A DNA stretch of 41,070 nucleotides from an uncultured delta proteobacterium (lineage in GTDB: Bacteria; RBG-13-61-14; DRUE01). The notes below the pieces were generated by a model, which saw only the letters and a list, made by a program, of their open reading frames with translations, searched no databases and was not told the origin of the DNA. The DNA is taken from the NCBI GenBank assembly GCA_903930515.1, contig CAIYYW010000091.1, forward strand, positions 1 to 41,070, in the 5' to 3' direction. Shown one piece after another: positions 1-9,280 of this stretch (position 1 is its first letter; every line of letters begins with the position of its first letter). The position numbers and the translations under genes are program-made.

Positions 1-41
1 CCGAAAGGGTTCCGTGGGTTCAAATCCCACACTCTCCGCCA
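1..41 (+). tRNA. 3' part of a tRNA, most likely tRNA-Ser (truncated by the window edge)
   Basis: End of a long variable arm (CCGAAAGG), then T-arm GTGGG-TTCAAAT-CCCAC, acceptor strand ACTCTCC, discriminator G and encoded CCA. A long variable arm with G73 fits Ser. The anticodon is outside the window. Confidence 0.85.
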
Positions 42-114
42 ATCTTAAAAATTCCTATAAACCCGAGAAAATGCCGGCTTTAGCTTTATTTCAGACGAAC
101 CGCGCTTTTTAGAA

Positions 115-951
115 TTATTTATATCCCTCCACTGAAACGCTGACGATGTAACCGTCCAGGGATTCATTTTTTCCCAGGATGTCTAAAAAAGCCCTGCCCA
201 GCGGGTCTTTGGTCTCGGGGGCGATACAAATTGAAGGGCCTTTTGCAATAACTTTGACATCTTTGAACCCGGCATCCTGGACCATCCTCTGATACTCCTC
301 AACAACCACCGCCCCTGCGATGCAACCCACATACGCGGCAATGCTCTCGCGGATTTTGTTGGGAAGTTCCCTGGTCAGGGCGATGTCGGAAATAGCTATT
401 TTCCCGCCCTTCTTCAACACCCGGTAAACTTCCTGGAAAGTCCTGGGCTTATCCGCGGATAAATTGATCACGCAGTTGCTGATCACCACATCAACCGAAT
501 TGTCCGGGGCCGGCAGATTTTCTATTTCCCCCAGCCGGAATTCCACATTTTTCGCGCCCGTCTTTTTCGCGTTTTCCCGCGCCCGGGAAACCATTTCCGG
601 CGTCATATCCACCCCGATGACTTTGCCCTTGGCACCCACTTGGCTGGCCGCCAGAAAACAATCAAACCCGGCGCCCGCGCCGAGGTCAAGGACGGTCTGC
701 CCTTTCTTGAGTCCGGCCAAGGCAGTGGGATTCCCGCAACCCAGCGCCAGGTTCGCCTCCTCCGGAATCCGGCTCAACTCTTGCTCGGAATAACCGATGG
801 CTTTGGCATAGCCCTTGGGGTCCGGACCGCAACTGTCGCACCCGCACCCGCATCCTTGATCCCCCTCCGCGATCCGGCCATAAGCCTCCCTGACCATCTT
901 TTGCGCTTTTTCCTTATCCATCGGCCTATTTCCTTTTTTTGCTTTTTTCAT
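115..951 (-). CDS. arsM: Arsenite S-adenosylmethionine methyltransferase
   Basis: Motifs LGCGNP, VLDLGAGAGFD (SAM binding), GVDMTPEM, ISNCVINL, GCIAGA and an N-terminal Cys cluster. SD AAGGAGG lies upstream of ATG 951. Confidence 0.92.
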   Translation of the reverse strand: MKKAKKGNRPMDKEKAQKMVREAYGRIAEGDQGCGCGCDSCGPDPKGYAKAIGYSEQELSRIPEEANLALGCGNPTALAGLKKGQTVLDLGAGAGFDCFLAASQVGAKGKVIGVDMTPEMVSRARENAKKTGAKNVEFRLGEIENLPAPDNSVDVVISNCVINLSADKPRTFQEVYRVLKKGGKIAISDIALTRELPNKIRESIAAYVGCIAGAVVVEEYQRMVQDAGFKDVKVIAKGPSICIAPETKDPLGRAFLDILGKNESLDGYIVSVSVEGYK

Positions 952-980
952 AAATCCCTCCTTATCCTCCCCTTGGTTTG

Positions 981-1030
981 ATCGTTTGATAACCGTCTAA
1001 ATATTATAATGCCGGACCGTCCTTGGTCAA
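981..1030 (-). promoter_or_regulatory. Sigma70-type promoter of arsM with a possible ArsR-type operator just downstream of the -10
   Basis: Minus strand reads TTGACC-16 bp-TATAAT (1030-1003), followed by the imperfect inverted repeat ATATTTAGA-N6-TCAAACGAT. Confidence 0.55.
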
Positions 1031-1039
1031 GAAAAATAA

Positions 1040-1068
1040 TTGCCCCGGAAATCCCTTGGACCTATAAT
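1040..1068 (+). promoter_or_regulatory. Sigma70-type promoter for the lipoprotein gene
   Basis: TTGCCC-17 bp-TATAAT, ending 9 nt before ATG 1078. Confidence 0.55.
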
Positions 1069-1077
1069 CAAGCCATT

Positions 1078-1764
1078 ATGAAAAAAATAATATTTATCGG
1101 CCTAATCGGCGCAATGGCTATTTTTGCCGGTTGCAAAAAATCAGGACCGGAACCAGGCGCGGCCACTCAGCCTTTTGCCCAGGCGCCCGCAGCCCCGGCT
1201 TTGACCCCGGCCCCGGCGAATAAAACCATCACCGGCAATTGCCAGGAGGGAAAGGCGCAACTGCCGAATTACGGAGACCCGGGCAAGCGGCTGAGCAATT
1301 GCTTTGTCCAGTATCCGGGCGAGCCTTCCCGCCAGGACAGCCATTATTACATTGTGGAGGACATCTGCGGACAGTTCACCGAGCAATTTATAGAGAATCT
1401 GCTGGGGGTTCCCATCGTCTCCATCAAAGGATCTACGGTCAGCGGCCTGTACCTGTGCAAATACTACCTGTCCGAGCAGCCGGAGGGACAGGGGCAATAT
1501 ATTCTTATCAACCTGGAGTATCTGAGCGTGGAAAAACAAAAAAAGGGACACCAGTTGATGAACAGAACTATCAAAACCGATTCCCGCATCCGGATGGAGC
1601 ATTTCCTGGTCTGGCAGCCGGACGGGTTGCTGAACGAGATTTACCTGGTCTTGGACCCGAATAAATTTATCAGCATCAATAGGAGCGATAGCGGGGTTCT
1701 GGACAACGAAAAGACCATTGAATTCGCGGCCAGGCTGGCTGAGCAAATCAAGGATTACCGCTGA
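1078..1764 (+). CDS. Hypothetical lipoprotein
   Basis: Start moved to MKKIIFIG (1078). Signal peptide with lipobox FAGC, an Ala/Pro-rich linker, then a Cys-containing globular domain of unknown function. Confidence 0.75.
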   Translation: MKKIIFIGLIGAMAIFAGCKKSGPEPGAATQPFAQAPAAPALTPAPANKTITGNCQEGKAQLPNYGDPGKRLSNCFVQYPGEPSRQDSHYYIVEDICGQFTEQFIENLLGVPIVSIKGSTVSGLYLCKYYLSEQPEGQGQYILINLEYLSVEKQKKGHQLMNRTIKTDSRIRMEHFLVWQPDGLLNEIYLVLDPNKFISINRSDSGVLDNEKTIEFAARLAEQIKDYR

Positions 1765-1939
1765 AATTTTGCAAAATAAAATCAACCTTCCTGGTAATTG
1801 AAACCGGGGGTACAAATTGAAAACCGGCGCCCGCGGGATCGCCGGTTCCGGCCCGATCCGGCAGGGCGATGGCCCTCCATTTCCGGAAAAAGCAAAGCGC
1901 TGATAAAATATGCTTATTAAATCCCAGGGAGGAAAAATT

Positions 1940-2803
1940 ATGAGAACCGCAAAAATTTTAGGCCTGATGATTTTGATGGTCCTGGCAATCGGCGTTTTGC
2001 GCGCGGAGGACAAATATAAAATCATCAAGGACATTGAGTACGCGCAGATTTCCGGGGTGGACGACAAGTATTTGAGCCTGGATGTGTATCAGCCTCTGAG
2101 CCTGGGCTGGCATCCGGTGATCTTTTATGTCCACGGCGGGGGCTGGACTATGGGCGACAAGGATATGGACAAAAACAAGGGGAAGTTCTTCGCGGAATCC
2201 GGATTTGTATTTGTCAGCGCCAACTACCGGCTTTCCCCCGCGGTCAAGCATCCGGCCCATATTGAGGATGTGGCAAGGGCTTATGCCTGGACCCATAATA
2301 ATATCCGGCTGCACGGGGGCAACCCGGACAAAATTTTCGTGATGGGACATTCCTCGGGAGCGCATTTAGTCGCCCTGTTGGCCACCGATGAAAAATATCT
2401 CAAGGATCGGGACCTATCCCTAAAGGATATTGAGGGCGCGATCCTGTTGGACGGGGCCGGTTACAATATCCCCGAGTTGAAAAAAACCAGCCCCCAACTC
2501 TTCAACACCTTTTACGCCGCGGCCTTTGGCAAGGATCAGCAAACCCTCAAAAACGCTTCTCCCTTTTTCCATATTTCGTCCGGCAAGCATATCCCGCCGT
2601 TCCTGGTCGTATATGTGGACCGCAAGGCCTCCAAGCCCCAGGCCAAGGCTATGGTGGACAAGCTGGCCGACAGCGGCGTCAAGGCGGAATTATTTTTCGC
2701 CGAGAACCGGGACCATTTGAGCCTGGACCGGGAGTTGGGCGATGATCATGACCCGACCACCCAGGCGATTGTGAATTTCCTGGAAAATATCCTCAAAGAT
2801 TGA
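1940..2803 (+). CDS. Exported alpha/beta hydrolase (HSL-like carboxylesterase)
   Basis: HGGGW oxyanion motif, NYRLSP, GHSSG nucleophile elbow, C-terminal DH and a signal peptide. SD GGAGG precedes ATG 1940, and an extended -10 TGATAAAAT lies at 1901-1909. Confidence 0.88.
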   Translation: MRTAKILGLMILMVLAIGVLRAEDKYKIIKDIEYAQISGVDDKYLSLDVYQPLSLGWHPVIFYVHGGGWTMGDKDMDKNKGKFFAESGFVFVSANYRLSPAVKHPAHIEDVARAYAWTHNNIRLHGGNPDKIFVMGHSSGAHLVALLATDEKYLKDRDLSLKDIEGAILLDGAGYNIPELKKTSPQLFNTFYAAAFGKDQQTLKNASPFFHISSGKHIPPFLVVYVDRKASKPQAKAMVDKLADSGVKAELFFAENRDHLSLDRELGDDHDPTTQAIVNFLENILKD

Positions 2804-2917
2804 GCCGGAAAAATATATCGCAATTGCCGGCGCATCTCGGGTATCCGGCTGAAAAATTCAGCGGGCTGAACCGGTCCTGGAAAAACCTGAAGCATTGCCA
2901 TAAATAATGAGGCGGTC

Positions 2918-3370
2918 CTGGAAATCTTCTTTAAATTAGCAACCGTGTTCGGAATCGCCGCCCTGGAACTATGGGCCTCCGTCCCCACCGGCTTCGCCCT
3001 CAAGCTCCATCCTTTGCTCAACGCTATTGCCACCATCCTCGGAGCATCCACCGGAGTGATCATCGTGATCCTGCTCGGAGACCGCGCCCGGACCTGGATT
3101 TTGCGCAAAAGGAAATGGCAAAATGAACCAGGCAAAAACAAGCTCATCGTCCGGATCTGGCAACGCTGCGGAATCATCGGCCTCGGACTGCTCGGCCCAC
3201 TCCTGGTCGGCGCCCCACTCGGGGCCGCCATCGGAATCGCCCTGGGCGCGCCCGCCACCCGCCTGATCTTCTGGATGGCCGTCGGAATCATCCTCTGGAC
3301 CGCAATCCTAACCATCGCCTGCGCCCTGGGGATTGAAACCTTTACGGTGTTGTGGCATAAATACATCTAA
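2918..3370 (+). CDS. Small multi-drug export (COG2426-like) membrane protein
   Basis: ELWASVPTG motif, G-rich TM segment GLGLLGPLLVGAPLGAAIG and about 4 TMs. The start is uncertain: CTG 2918 (after GAGG) or GTG 2945. Confidence 0.7.
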   Translation: MEIFFKLATVFGIAALELWASVPTGFALKLHPLLNAIATILGASTGVIIVILLGDRARTWILRKRKWQNEPGKNKLIVRIWQRCGIIGLGLLGPLLVGAPLGAAIGIALGAPATRLIFWMAVGIILWTAILTIACALGIETFTVLWHKYI

Positions 3371-3431
3371 TCTTTATGGGTCCTATGAAGACCAAAGAGC
3401 AGGAGCGTTTACAAACAGGCGCAAAATCTTT

Positions 3432-3463
3432 CCCCCCACCCCATCTCCCGCAAATGGGAGAGG
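3432..3463. repeat. Palindromic intergenic element (C-rich leader plus TCTCCC...GGGAGA hairpin)
   Basis: CCCCCCACCCCA-TCTCCC-GCAAAT-GGGAGA-GG resembles the widespread CCCTCACCC...CCTCTCCC...GGGAGAGG bacterial repeat. Confidence 0.5.
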
Positions 3464-3546
3464 TAAAATTGATGTACGAAAATGTCAGATTTGAGATTTA
3501 ATCCACTGATTTTTTCAGTCCCGCCAATCGTGCTATAAATATCCTG

Positions 3547-6500
3547 ATGAATTTAGCCAAGGACCAGTTTGAGAACCCGAACCTGGTCGGGCCGTCGCTG
3601 AAGAAGATTCAGGACCGGGCCGGGGCAATCGGGTTTTCCAAGCCGGAGCTCACGAAGCTCAACCAGAAGCTGGGAATAGCTTTTCAGGACGGGATTGCGG
3701 ACCCGGACCAGGCGTTATTGTCATTGGAGCGGCTGTTCCTGGAAGCGGATGATTTGAAATGGATCCTGGCAAAGGACCGGCTGAATTTGACGCTCCGGTT
3801 GTTCGGCTATTGCGAACAGGTGAGCCAATGGGCGTTGAAATCTCCGGCCCATCTAGTATCCGCCTTGAAAAAGGTTGAGCAGGGGAAGCGGAGCCGGGAT
3901 AAGATTTTCAAGGAGCTTTCCAGCCATATTGAAGGCTCGGAATCTTTTGAAGAGCTTTCCTCCAGGCTCCGCGAGTTCCGGAACCGGGAATACCTTCGGC
4001 TCGCGCTCGCGAACCTGGGAGCAAAAGACCGGTTATGGGATGAGCTGTCGGAACTGACCGCGTTGGCCGAGGCGTTTCTGGAACTGGGCCTGAAGAATTT
4101 GCTCCAACTATGGCAAGCGGGAAAAATTCCGCGGATCGGGAAAAGCGATGATCCGGTTTCACTTTGCGTTTTAGGGATGGGCAAGCTCGGGAGCGAGGAG
4201 TTGAATTTCAGCTCGGACATAGACCTGATCTATCTCGCGCCCTTGCTCGGAGCGGAATCCCGATCCGGCCCGGAAGGGTTCAACCGATACGCTCAACTCG
4301 GCCGGAGTTTTACCGAGCTGATCGGCAAGATCACCGAGCAGGGGCTGGTGTTCCGGGTGGACCTAAGGCTTAGGCCCGGAGGAGAGAATGGCCCGATTGT
4401 GAACAGCTATGACTCTACCCTGGACTATTACCTGAACTTCGGTAGGAATTGGGAACGGGCGGCAATGCTCCGGGCGCGGCCGGTGGCGGGCGATTTGGAG
4501 TTGGGTAAAAAATTCCTCTCCGAGCTGGAGCCATTCCTCTTCCGGCGCTTCCACGACTTTGCCAGCCTGGAGGATTTAAAGGAGATCAAGGACCGGATTG
4601 ACCTGGAGGCGAAAAGGGAATCCGGCCAAAAAGGATATGCCGGATATAACCTGAAGCTAGGCCCGGGAGGAATCCGGGAGATAGAATTCTTCGTCAATTC
4701 CCTGCAATTGATCTACGGCGGCAAGAACCCGGAACTCAGAACCACCCGGACAATGGCCGGCCTCAATGCCTTGAACCGGCTGGGGCTGGTCAAGGACCGG
4801 GAATCGGAAATCCTCAAGCGCAGTTGGGAATTTTTACGCAAACTTGAGCACCGGATCCAGCTCAAGGATTTAAGGCAGGAGCATAAAATACCGGCCCACA
4901 AACGGGCCCAGGAAATGTTGGCCCGCTCGCTCGGATACTCGGGCAAGGAGGGCCTGGAAAATTTCCTGTCCGAACTGGGAAAAACCCTCGCCCAAGTCCA
5001 GGGAATTTTTTCCAGCCTGTTCGGAGAGGATGCCCGGGAAGAAAAAAAACTGGCCCGGCTGGTGGATTGGGCATCCGGAGCGGAAGAGCTGGAGATGGAA
5101 TTTCAAAAACTGGGGTTTGCCGAGCCCGGCCTGGCGGTTGAAAACTGGGAGAGGATTCTTCGGCCCCTGGGACAGGGCAAGCAGGGCCCGAAATTAAAAG
5201 CCGAGCTCCTGCCCGTTTTACTGGAAGAGATCGGCTCAAGCCCGGAGCCGGATTTGGCCCTGCGGCAATTGGAGCGATTCCTATCCAAAACCGGGGCCCG
5301 ATCCGGATTCCTTTCCCTGCTCAAGGATCATCCCGGCGCGAGAAAAATTCTCCTCAACCTGTTCTCCACCAGCGAGTTTTTGGGGAATCTCCTGATTACC
5401 CATCCGGAACTGCTGGACGAGCTGGTCAGCCCGCAGGCCCTTCAGGAACGCGCGAGCGGCGAGTTGGACCAAGAGCTGGCGGAAGAATTGGGATCCGGGA
5501 AGGACTACGAGGAAAAGCTGGCGCGGATGCGGAAGTTTCAAAAATTGGAACTGCTCCGGATCGGGCTGAAGGATTTGTCGGGCGGACTGGAGATTTGGGA
5601 ATTGGAGCAGAGACTGTCGGCTTTGGCGGAGTTGCTGGTAAGACAGGCATACCAGGTCAGCCTGGAAGAATTGGGATTGAAATATGGAACCCCCGAATCC
5701 GGGCCGGGAGGCAAAACCGGTCTGTTGGTTCTGGGCCTGGGCAAGCTCGGGTCCAAAGAGATGGGATGGGCCTCGGACCTGGACCTGATTTTTATTTACC
5801 AGGGAGTGGGGGAAACGGGCGGAAAAAATCCCCTGGAGTTCCGGGAATTTTTCGTCAAGTTGAGCCAGAAGATCATCGCCACTTTGCAGGCGCAAACCCC
5901 GGAGGGATTCCTTTACAAAATTGACACCAGGCTCCGACCGAGCGGGAGTCACGGGCCTTTGGTGGTTGAGGCCGCGGCTTTTTCCGAATATCACCGAAAC
6001 CGGTCGCAGGTTTGGGAAAAGCAATCGTTGCTCAAGGCGCGGGTGATGGTTGACGGCGCCGGAATCAAGGCCGAGATTTCCAGCCGGATCGCGGAGAGCG
6101 TCTTTATCGGGAACCGGGCGGAGTATTTTAAGGAAGAAATGCGGAAGCTGATCCACCGGGTGCGGACCGAGCTTGCGAGAGAGACGGAAACTATCTATGA
6201 TATTAAATTCGGGTACGGCGGGGAGATGGAGTTGGACTATATTTTGCAATATCTGCGGTTGCGCAACGGCGAACAGCAAACCAGTCTCCGGACCGGGAAC
6301 AACTGGGAAATTTTGGGCCGGCTGAACGACCTGAAGCTGATTCAAGCGCAAGAGCATCAGGATTTGCTGGAATCGCTCCGGCTCTTTCGCAGGGTTTCTT
6401 CCAGGCTGCGGATTTTCCAGGACCGGCCGGAGAATTTGCTCCGGCTGGAACCGGAAGGGCTGGACCGATTGGCGAAGAAGATGGAACCGGAAGAGATTGC

Positions 6501-6582
6501 TTCCGGCCAAGAATTGAAAGCGCGGATTGAACAGGCGCGGGAAAAAGTTCGCCGGATATTTTTGAAGTATCTCGGAGAATAA
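3547..6582 (+). CDS. glnE: Bifunctional glutamine synthetase adenylyltransferase/deadenylyltransferase
   Basis: Two nucleotidyltransferase motifs ([18 protein letters not shown] and [18 protein letters not shown]), plus [18 protein letters not shown] and [14 protein letters not shown]; 1011 aa. Confidence 0.95.
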   Translation: MNLAKDQFENPNLVGPSLKKIQDRAGAIGFSKPELTKLNQKLGIAFQDGIADPDQALLSLERLFLEADDLKWILAKDRLNLTLRLFGYCEQVSQWALKSPAHLVSALKKVEQGKRSRDKIFKELSSHIEGSESFEELSSRLREFRNREYLRLALANLGAKDRLWDELSELTALAEAFLELGLKNLLQLWQAGKIPRIGKSDDPVSLCVLGMGKLGSEELNFSSDIDLIYLAPLLGAESRSGPEGFNRYAQLGRSFTELIGKITEQGLVFRVDLRLRPGGENGPIVNSYDSTLDYYLNFGRNWERAAMLRARPVAGDLELGKKFLSELEPFLFRRFHDFASLEDLKEIKDRIDLEAKRESGQKGYAGYNLKLGPGGIREIEFFVNSLQLIYGGKNPELRTTRTMAGLNALNRLGLVKDRESEILKRSWEFLRKLEHRIQLKDLRQEHKIPAHKRAQEMLARSLGYSGKEGLENFLSELGKTLAQVQGIFSSLFGEDAREEKKLARLVDWASGAEELEMEFQKLGFAEPGLAVENWERILRPLGQGKQGPKLKAELLPVLLEEIGSSPEPDLALRQLERFLSKTGARSGFLSLLKDHPGARKILLNLFSTSEFLGNLLITHPELLDELVSPQALQERASGELDQELAEELGSGKDYEEKLARMRKFQKLELLRIGLKDLSGGLEIWELEQRLSALAELLVRQAYQVSLEELGLKYGTPESGPGGKTGLLVLGLGKLGSKEMGWASDLDLIFIYQGVGETGGKNPLEFREFFVKLSQKIIATLQAQTPEGFLYKIDTRLRPSGSHGPLVVEAAAFSEYHRNRSQVWEKQSLLKARVMVDGAGIKAEISSRIAESVFIGNRAEYFKEEMRKLIHRVRTELARETETIYDIKFGYGGEMELDYILQYLRLRNGEQQTSLRTGNNWEILGRLNDLKLIQAQEHQDLLESLRLFRRVSSRLRIFQDRPENLLRLEPEGLDRLAKKMEPEEIASGQELKARIEQAREKVRRIFLKYLGE

Positions 6583-6601
6583 TTCGGGGAGGAGACCGGG
6601 A

Positions 6602-7519
6602 ATGGAAAAAGCGAAGAAAATCTGGATGGACGGCAAGCTGGTGAATTGGGAGGATGCCAATGTGCATATCCTCACCCATACGCTCCATTACGGGTTCGGG
6701 GTTTTTGAAGGGACCCGGTGTTATAAGACCGTTGACGGCCCGGCGATCTTCCGGCTTGACGATCATTTGAAGCGGCTCTACAACTCCGCGCAAATCCTGA
6801 CCATTGACATCCCGGTCGGTTTCAAGGAGATGGCCAAGGCGAGCAAGGAGATCATCAAGGCCAACCATTACCAGGAATGTTACCTCCGACACATCGCTTT
6901 TATCGGCGACGGAGAAATGGGGCTGGGCACTATGACCAACCCGGTCCGGACCGCGATCATTTCCTGGAAATGGGGGGCGTACCTGGGAGAGGAAGGCCTG
7001 AAAAAAGGCATCCGGCTCAAGACCTCCAGCTACGCCCGGCTCCCGGTCCAATCGTTCCCCTGCAAGGCCAAGGCGGTCGGGAATTATGTCAACTCCATCC
7101 TGGCCAAGAGGGAAGCGCTCAAGGCCGGCTACGATGAAGCGGTGATGCTGGACAGTTCCGGATATGTGGCCGAAGCGAGCGGAGAAAATATCTTCCTGGT
7201 CTTCGGAGACACCATCATCACGCCCCCGGAAAGCTCGTCCATCCTAAACGGCATCACCAGGAAAAGCGTGATTGAATTGGCCAAGGACCTGGGATATCAG
7301 GTAAAGGAGGAAACCTTCCCGCGCGATACCATCTACATCGCGGACGAGGTGTTCCTGACCGGGACCGCGGCCGAGGTCACCCCGGTGCGCGAGGTGGACA
7401 ACCGCAAGATCGGCAAGGGCAGCGCCGGCGATGCCACCCTGAAAATCCAGGCAGAGTTCTTCAAGATCGTGCTGGGAAAGAATCCGAAATACAAGAAGTG
7501 GCTGACATATGTTGATTAA
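6602..7519 (+). CDS. ilvE: Branched-chain amino acid aminotransferase
   Basis: [20 protein letters not shown] (PLP lysine), [16 protein letters not shown] and [12 protein letters not shown]. Confidence 0.96.
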   Translation: MEKAKKIWMDGKLVNWEDANVHILTHTLHYGFGVFEGTRCYKTVDGPAIFRLDDHLKRLYNSAQILTIDIPVGFKEMAKASKEIIKANHYQECYLRHIAFIGDGEMGLGTMTNPVRTAIISWKWGAYLGEEGLKKGIRLKTSSYARLPVQSFPCKAKAVGNYVNSILAKREALKAGYDEAVMLDSSGYVAEASGENIFLVFGDTIITPPESSSILNGITRKSVIELAKDLGYQVKEETFPRDTIYIADEVFLTGTAAEVTPVREVDNRKIGKGSAGDATLKIQAEFFKIVLGKNPKYKKWLTYVD

Positions 7520-7559
7520 ATTTGCGGGCGGGGCGCTCCTTCCCCGCAACAATTGAATC

Positions 7560-7579
7560 CAGACCAGAGGGTCTGCCCC
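7560..7579. repeat. Degenerate copy of the REP-like hairpin at 34537
   Basis: CAGACC-N5-GTCTGCCCC has the same arms and spacing as 34542-34561. Confidence 0.4.
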
Positions 7580-7595
7580 CCGGGAGGCGAGTAAG

Positions 7596-8165
7596 ATGGC
7601 TGATGAGAAGGCGCAATTGGAAAAAATTTTACTGAAAAAATCTTTCCGGCTGGGGGATTTTACCTTAAGCTCGGGCAAGAAATCCGACTACTATGTGGAC
7701 TGCCGAACCGCGACCACCGATTCCCAGGGACTCTTTCTGATCTCCAATCTTTTCCTGGACCGCCTGGAAAAAGGGCGGTTGAAAATTCAAGCGGTGGGCG
7801 GACTCACTTTGGGCGCGGACCCGATCGTGGGAGGGATGGTGGCTTTGAGCGCGACCAGGAAAAATCCGGTCCAGGGGTTCATCGTCCGCAAAGAGGCCAA
7901 GGGGCACGGAACCGGCAAACTGATTGAAGGAAACCTCAAACCCGGTTGGAAGGTCGCGATTATTGAAGATGTGATCACCACCGGGGCCTCCGCGCTCAAG
8001 GCCGTGCAAGCGGCAAAAGATTCCGGCGCAGAGATCAAGATCATCCTCGCGGTGGTTGACCGGGAAGAAGGCGGCAGGGAAGAGATCGCCAAACTGGGAA
8101 TCCCGATCTTCAGCCTGTTCACCGCCACCCAGCTCAAGGCCGAAGCGAAAAAAGCGAGTCAATAA
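7596..8165 (+). CDS. pyrE: Orotate phosphoribosyltransferase
   Basis: FTLSSGKKSDYYVD, GGLTLGADP, RKEAKGHG and the PRPP loop IIEDVITTGAS. Confidence 0.96.
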   Translation: MADEKAQLEKILLKKSFRLGDFTLSSGKKSDYYVDCRTATTDSQGLFLISNLFLDRLEKGRLKIQAVGGLTLGADPIVGGMVALSATRKNPVQGFIVRKEAKGHGTGKLIEGNLKPGWKVAIIEDVITTGASALKAVQAAKDSGAEIKIILAVVDREEGGREEIAKLGIPIFSLFTATQLKAEAKKASQ

Positions 8166-8221
8166 AAATATCCGGGCAAGACGCCTGCTCCCCAATAATG
8201 AGCCTCCCACCCGTTTGATTC

Positions 8222-8271
8222 TTGACAAGCCACTCCCAATCAGGGTATTTTGCCGGGTGATGATTGGGAGG
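8222..8271 (+). promoter_or_regulatory. Putative promoter with a 10-bp inverted repeat overlapping the RBS
   Basis: TTGACA (8222)-18 bp-TATTTT. CTCCCAATCA (8233-8242) is a perfect inverted repeat of TGATTGGGAG (8261-8270), which covers the SD. Confidence 0.45.
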
Positions 8272-8280
8272 TAAAAATAA

Positions 8281-9279
8281 ATGAAGATCGCCATCACCGG
8301 CAGTTCCAGCTACCTGGCCTCGGTCTTGCTCCCGTGGCTGGAGGCCGACCGCGAAGTGGAGAAAATCGTCGGCATTGACTTGAAGCCGGGCGCCCGCCAA
8401 TTTTCCAAATTGGAATTCAAGCAACGCGATGTGCGCGACCCGGAGATCGCAAAAGATTTCGCCGGCTGCGACACCCTGGTGCATCTGGCCTATATCGTGA
8501 TGCCGATCCATAAAACCAAGACCGCGCTGGAAATAAATATTGAAGGCTCCAAGAATGTCTTTACCGCCGCGGCCCGGGCCGGGATCAATAAAATCGTTTA
8601 CACTTCCAGCTGCGCTGGTTACGGCGCCTGGCCGGACAATCCGGAATTGATTACCGAGGATCAGCCTTTGCGCGGGATGCCTGATTTCTATTATTCCTGG
8701 AGCAAGGCCCGGGTGGAGGAATTCCTCAACGGCTTTGAAAAAGAACATCCCGGGATCATCCTCACCCGGCTCCGGCCCTGCATTTTTATCGGGCCGAACA
8801 TCAACAATTTGATGCGCCACGCGGTCGGGCATCCGTTTTTTATCAGGTTTATTGACCGCGCCACCAAAGCCCAATTCGTCTGGGACGAGGATGTGGCGCA
8901 GGCGGTATATCTCGGGCTGAAAAAGGACTTGCCCGGCGCCTTCAACCTGGCCGGGGACGGATATATCACGATGGAGCAGATGGCGGAGCTGATGGGCATC
9001 GTCGCGATTCCGATGTTTTACCTGATGGCCAAGGCCTATACCTGGCTCACCTGGAATTTGCATATTTCACAAATGCTCTCGCCGGATTGGATCGCTTCCA
9101 CCGAGTTCCCGATCGTGATGACCTGCGACAAGGCCAAGAAGGTGATGGGCTGGAAGCCCAAGTATGACACCAAAACCGCTTTTGCCAAATTCGTGGAGGA
9201 GATGCTTAAGCTCCAGGCCCTGGAGCGGGAGCGGCGCTGGGCGTTTCTGAAATTCTGGAAAAAGGATTCCGGGGGTTGA
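8281..9279 (+). CDS. NAD-dependent epimerase/dehydratase family (extended SDR)
   Basis: N-terminal Rossmann strand MKIAITG, LVHLAY, NIEGSKNV, VYTSS, YxxxK (YSWSK) and LRPCIFIGP. Confidence 0.85.
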   Translation: MKIAITGSSSYLASVLLPWLEADREVEKIVGIDLKPGARQFSKLEFKQRDVRDPEIAKDFAGCDTLVHLAYIVMPIHKTKTALEINIEGSKNVFTAAARAGINKIVYTSSCAGYGAWPDNPELITEDQPLRGMPDFYYSWSKARVEEFLNGFEKEHPGIILTRLRPCIFIGPNINNLMRHAVGHPFFIRFIDRATKAQFVWDEDVAQAVYLGLKKDLPGAFNLAGDGYITMEQMAELMGIVAIPMFYLMAKAYTWLTWNLHISQMLSPDWIASTEFPIVMTCDKAKKVMGWKPKYDTKTAFAKFVEEMLKLQALERERRWAFLKFWKKDSGG

Positions 9280-9280
9280 G

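Noticed and set aside
1766-1850. Palindrome ATTTTGCAAAAT, the direct repeat AATTGAAA(A)CCGG and a GC hairpin
   Set aside because: These are short, have no U-tract on the sense strand and no second copy, so they cannot be distinguished from chance or an ordinary terminator.
5281-6675. Long antisense ORFs (e.g. 5281-6675, 8134-9063, 20174-21286, 34755-35786, 40392-40958)
   Set aside because: They shadow well-supported genes on the opposite strand, which is expected from GC-rich codon bias, and they show no motifs.
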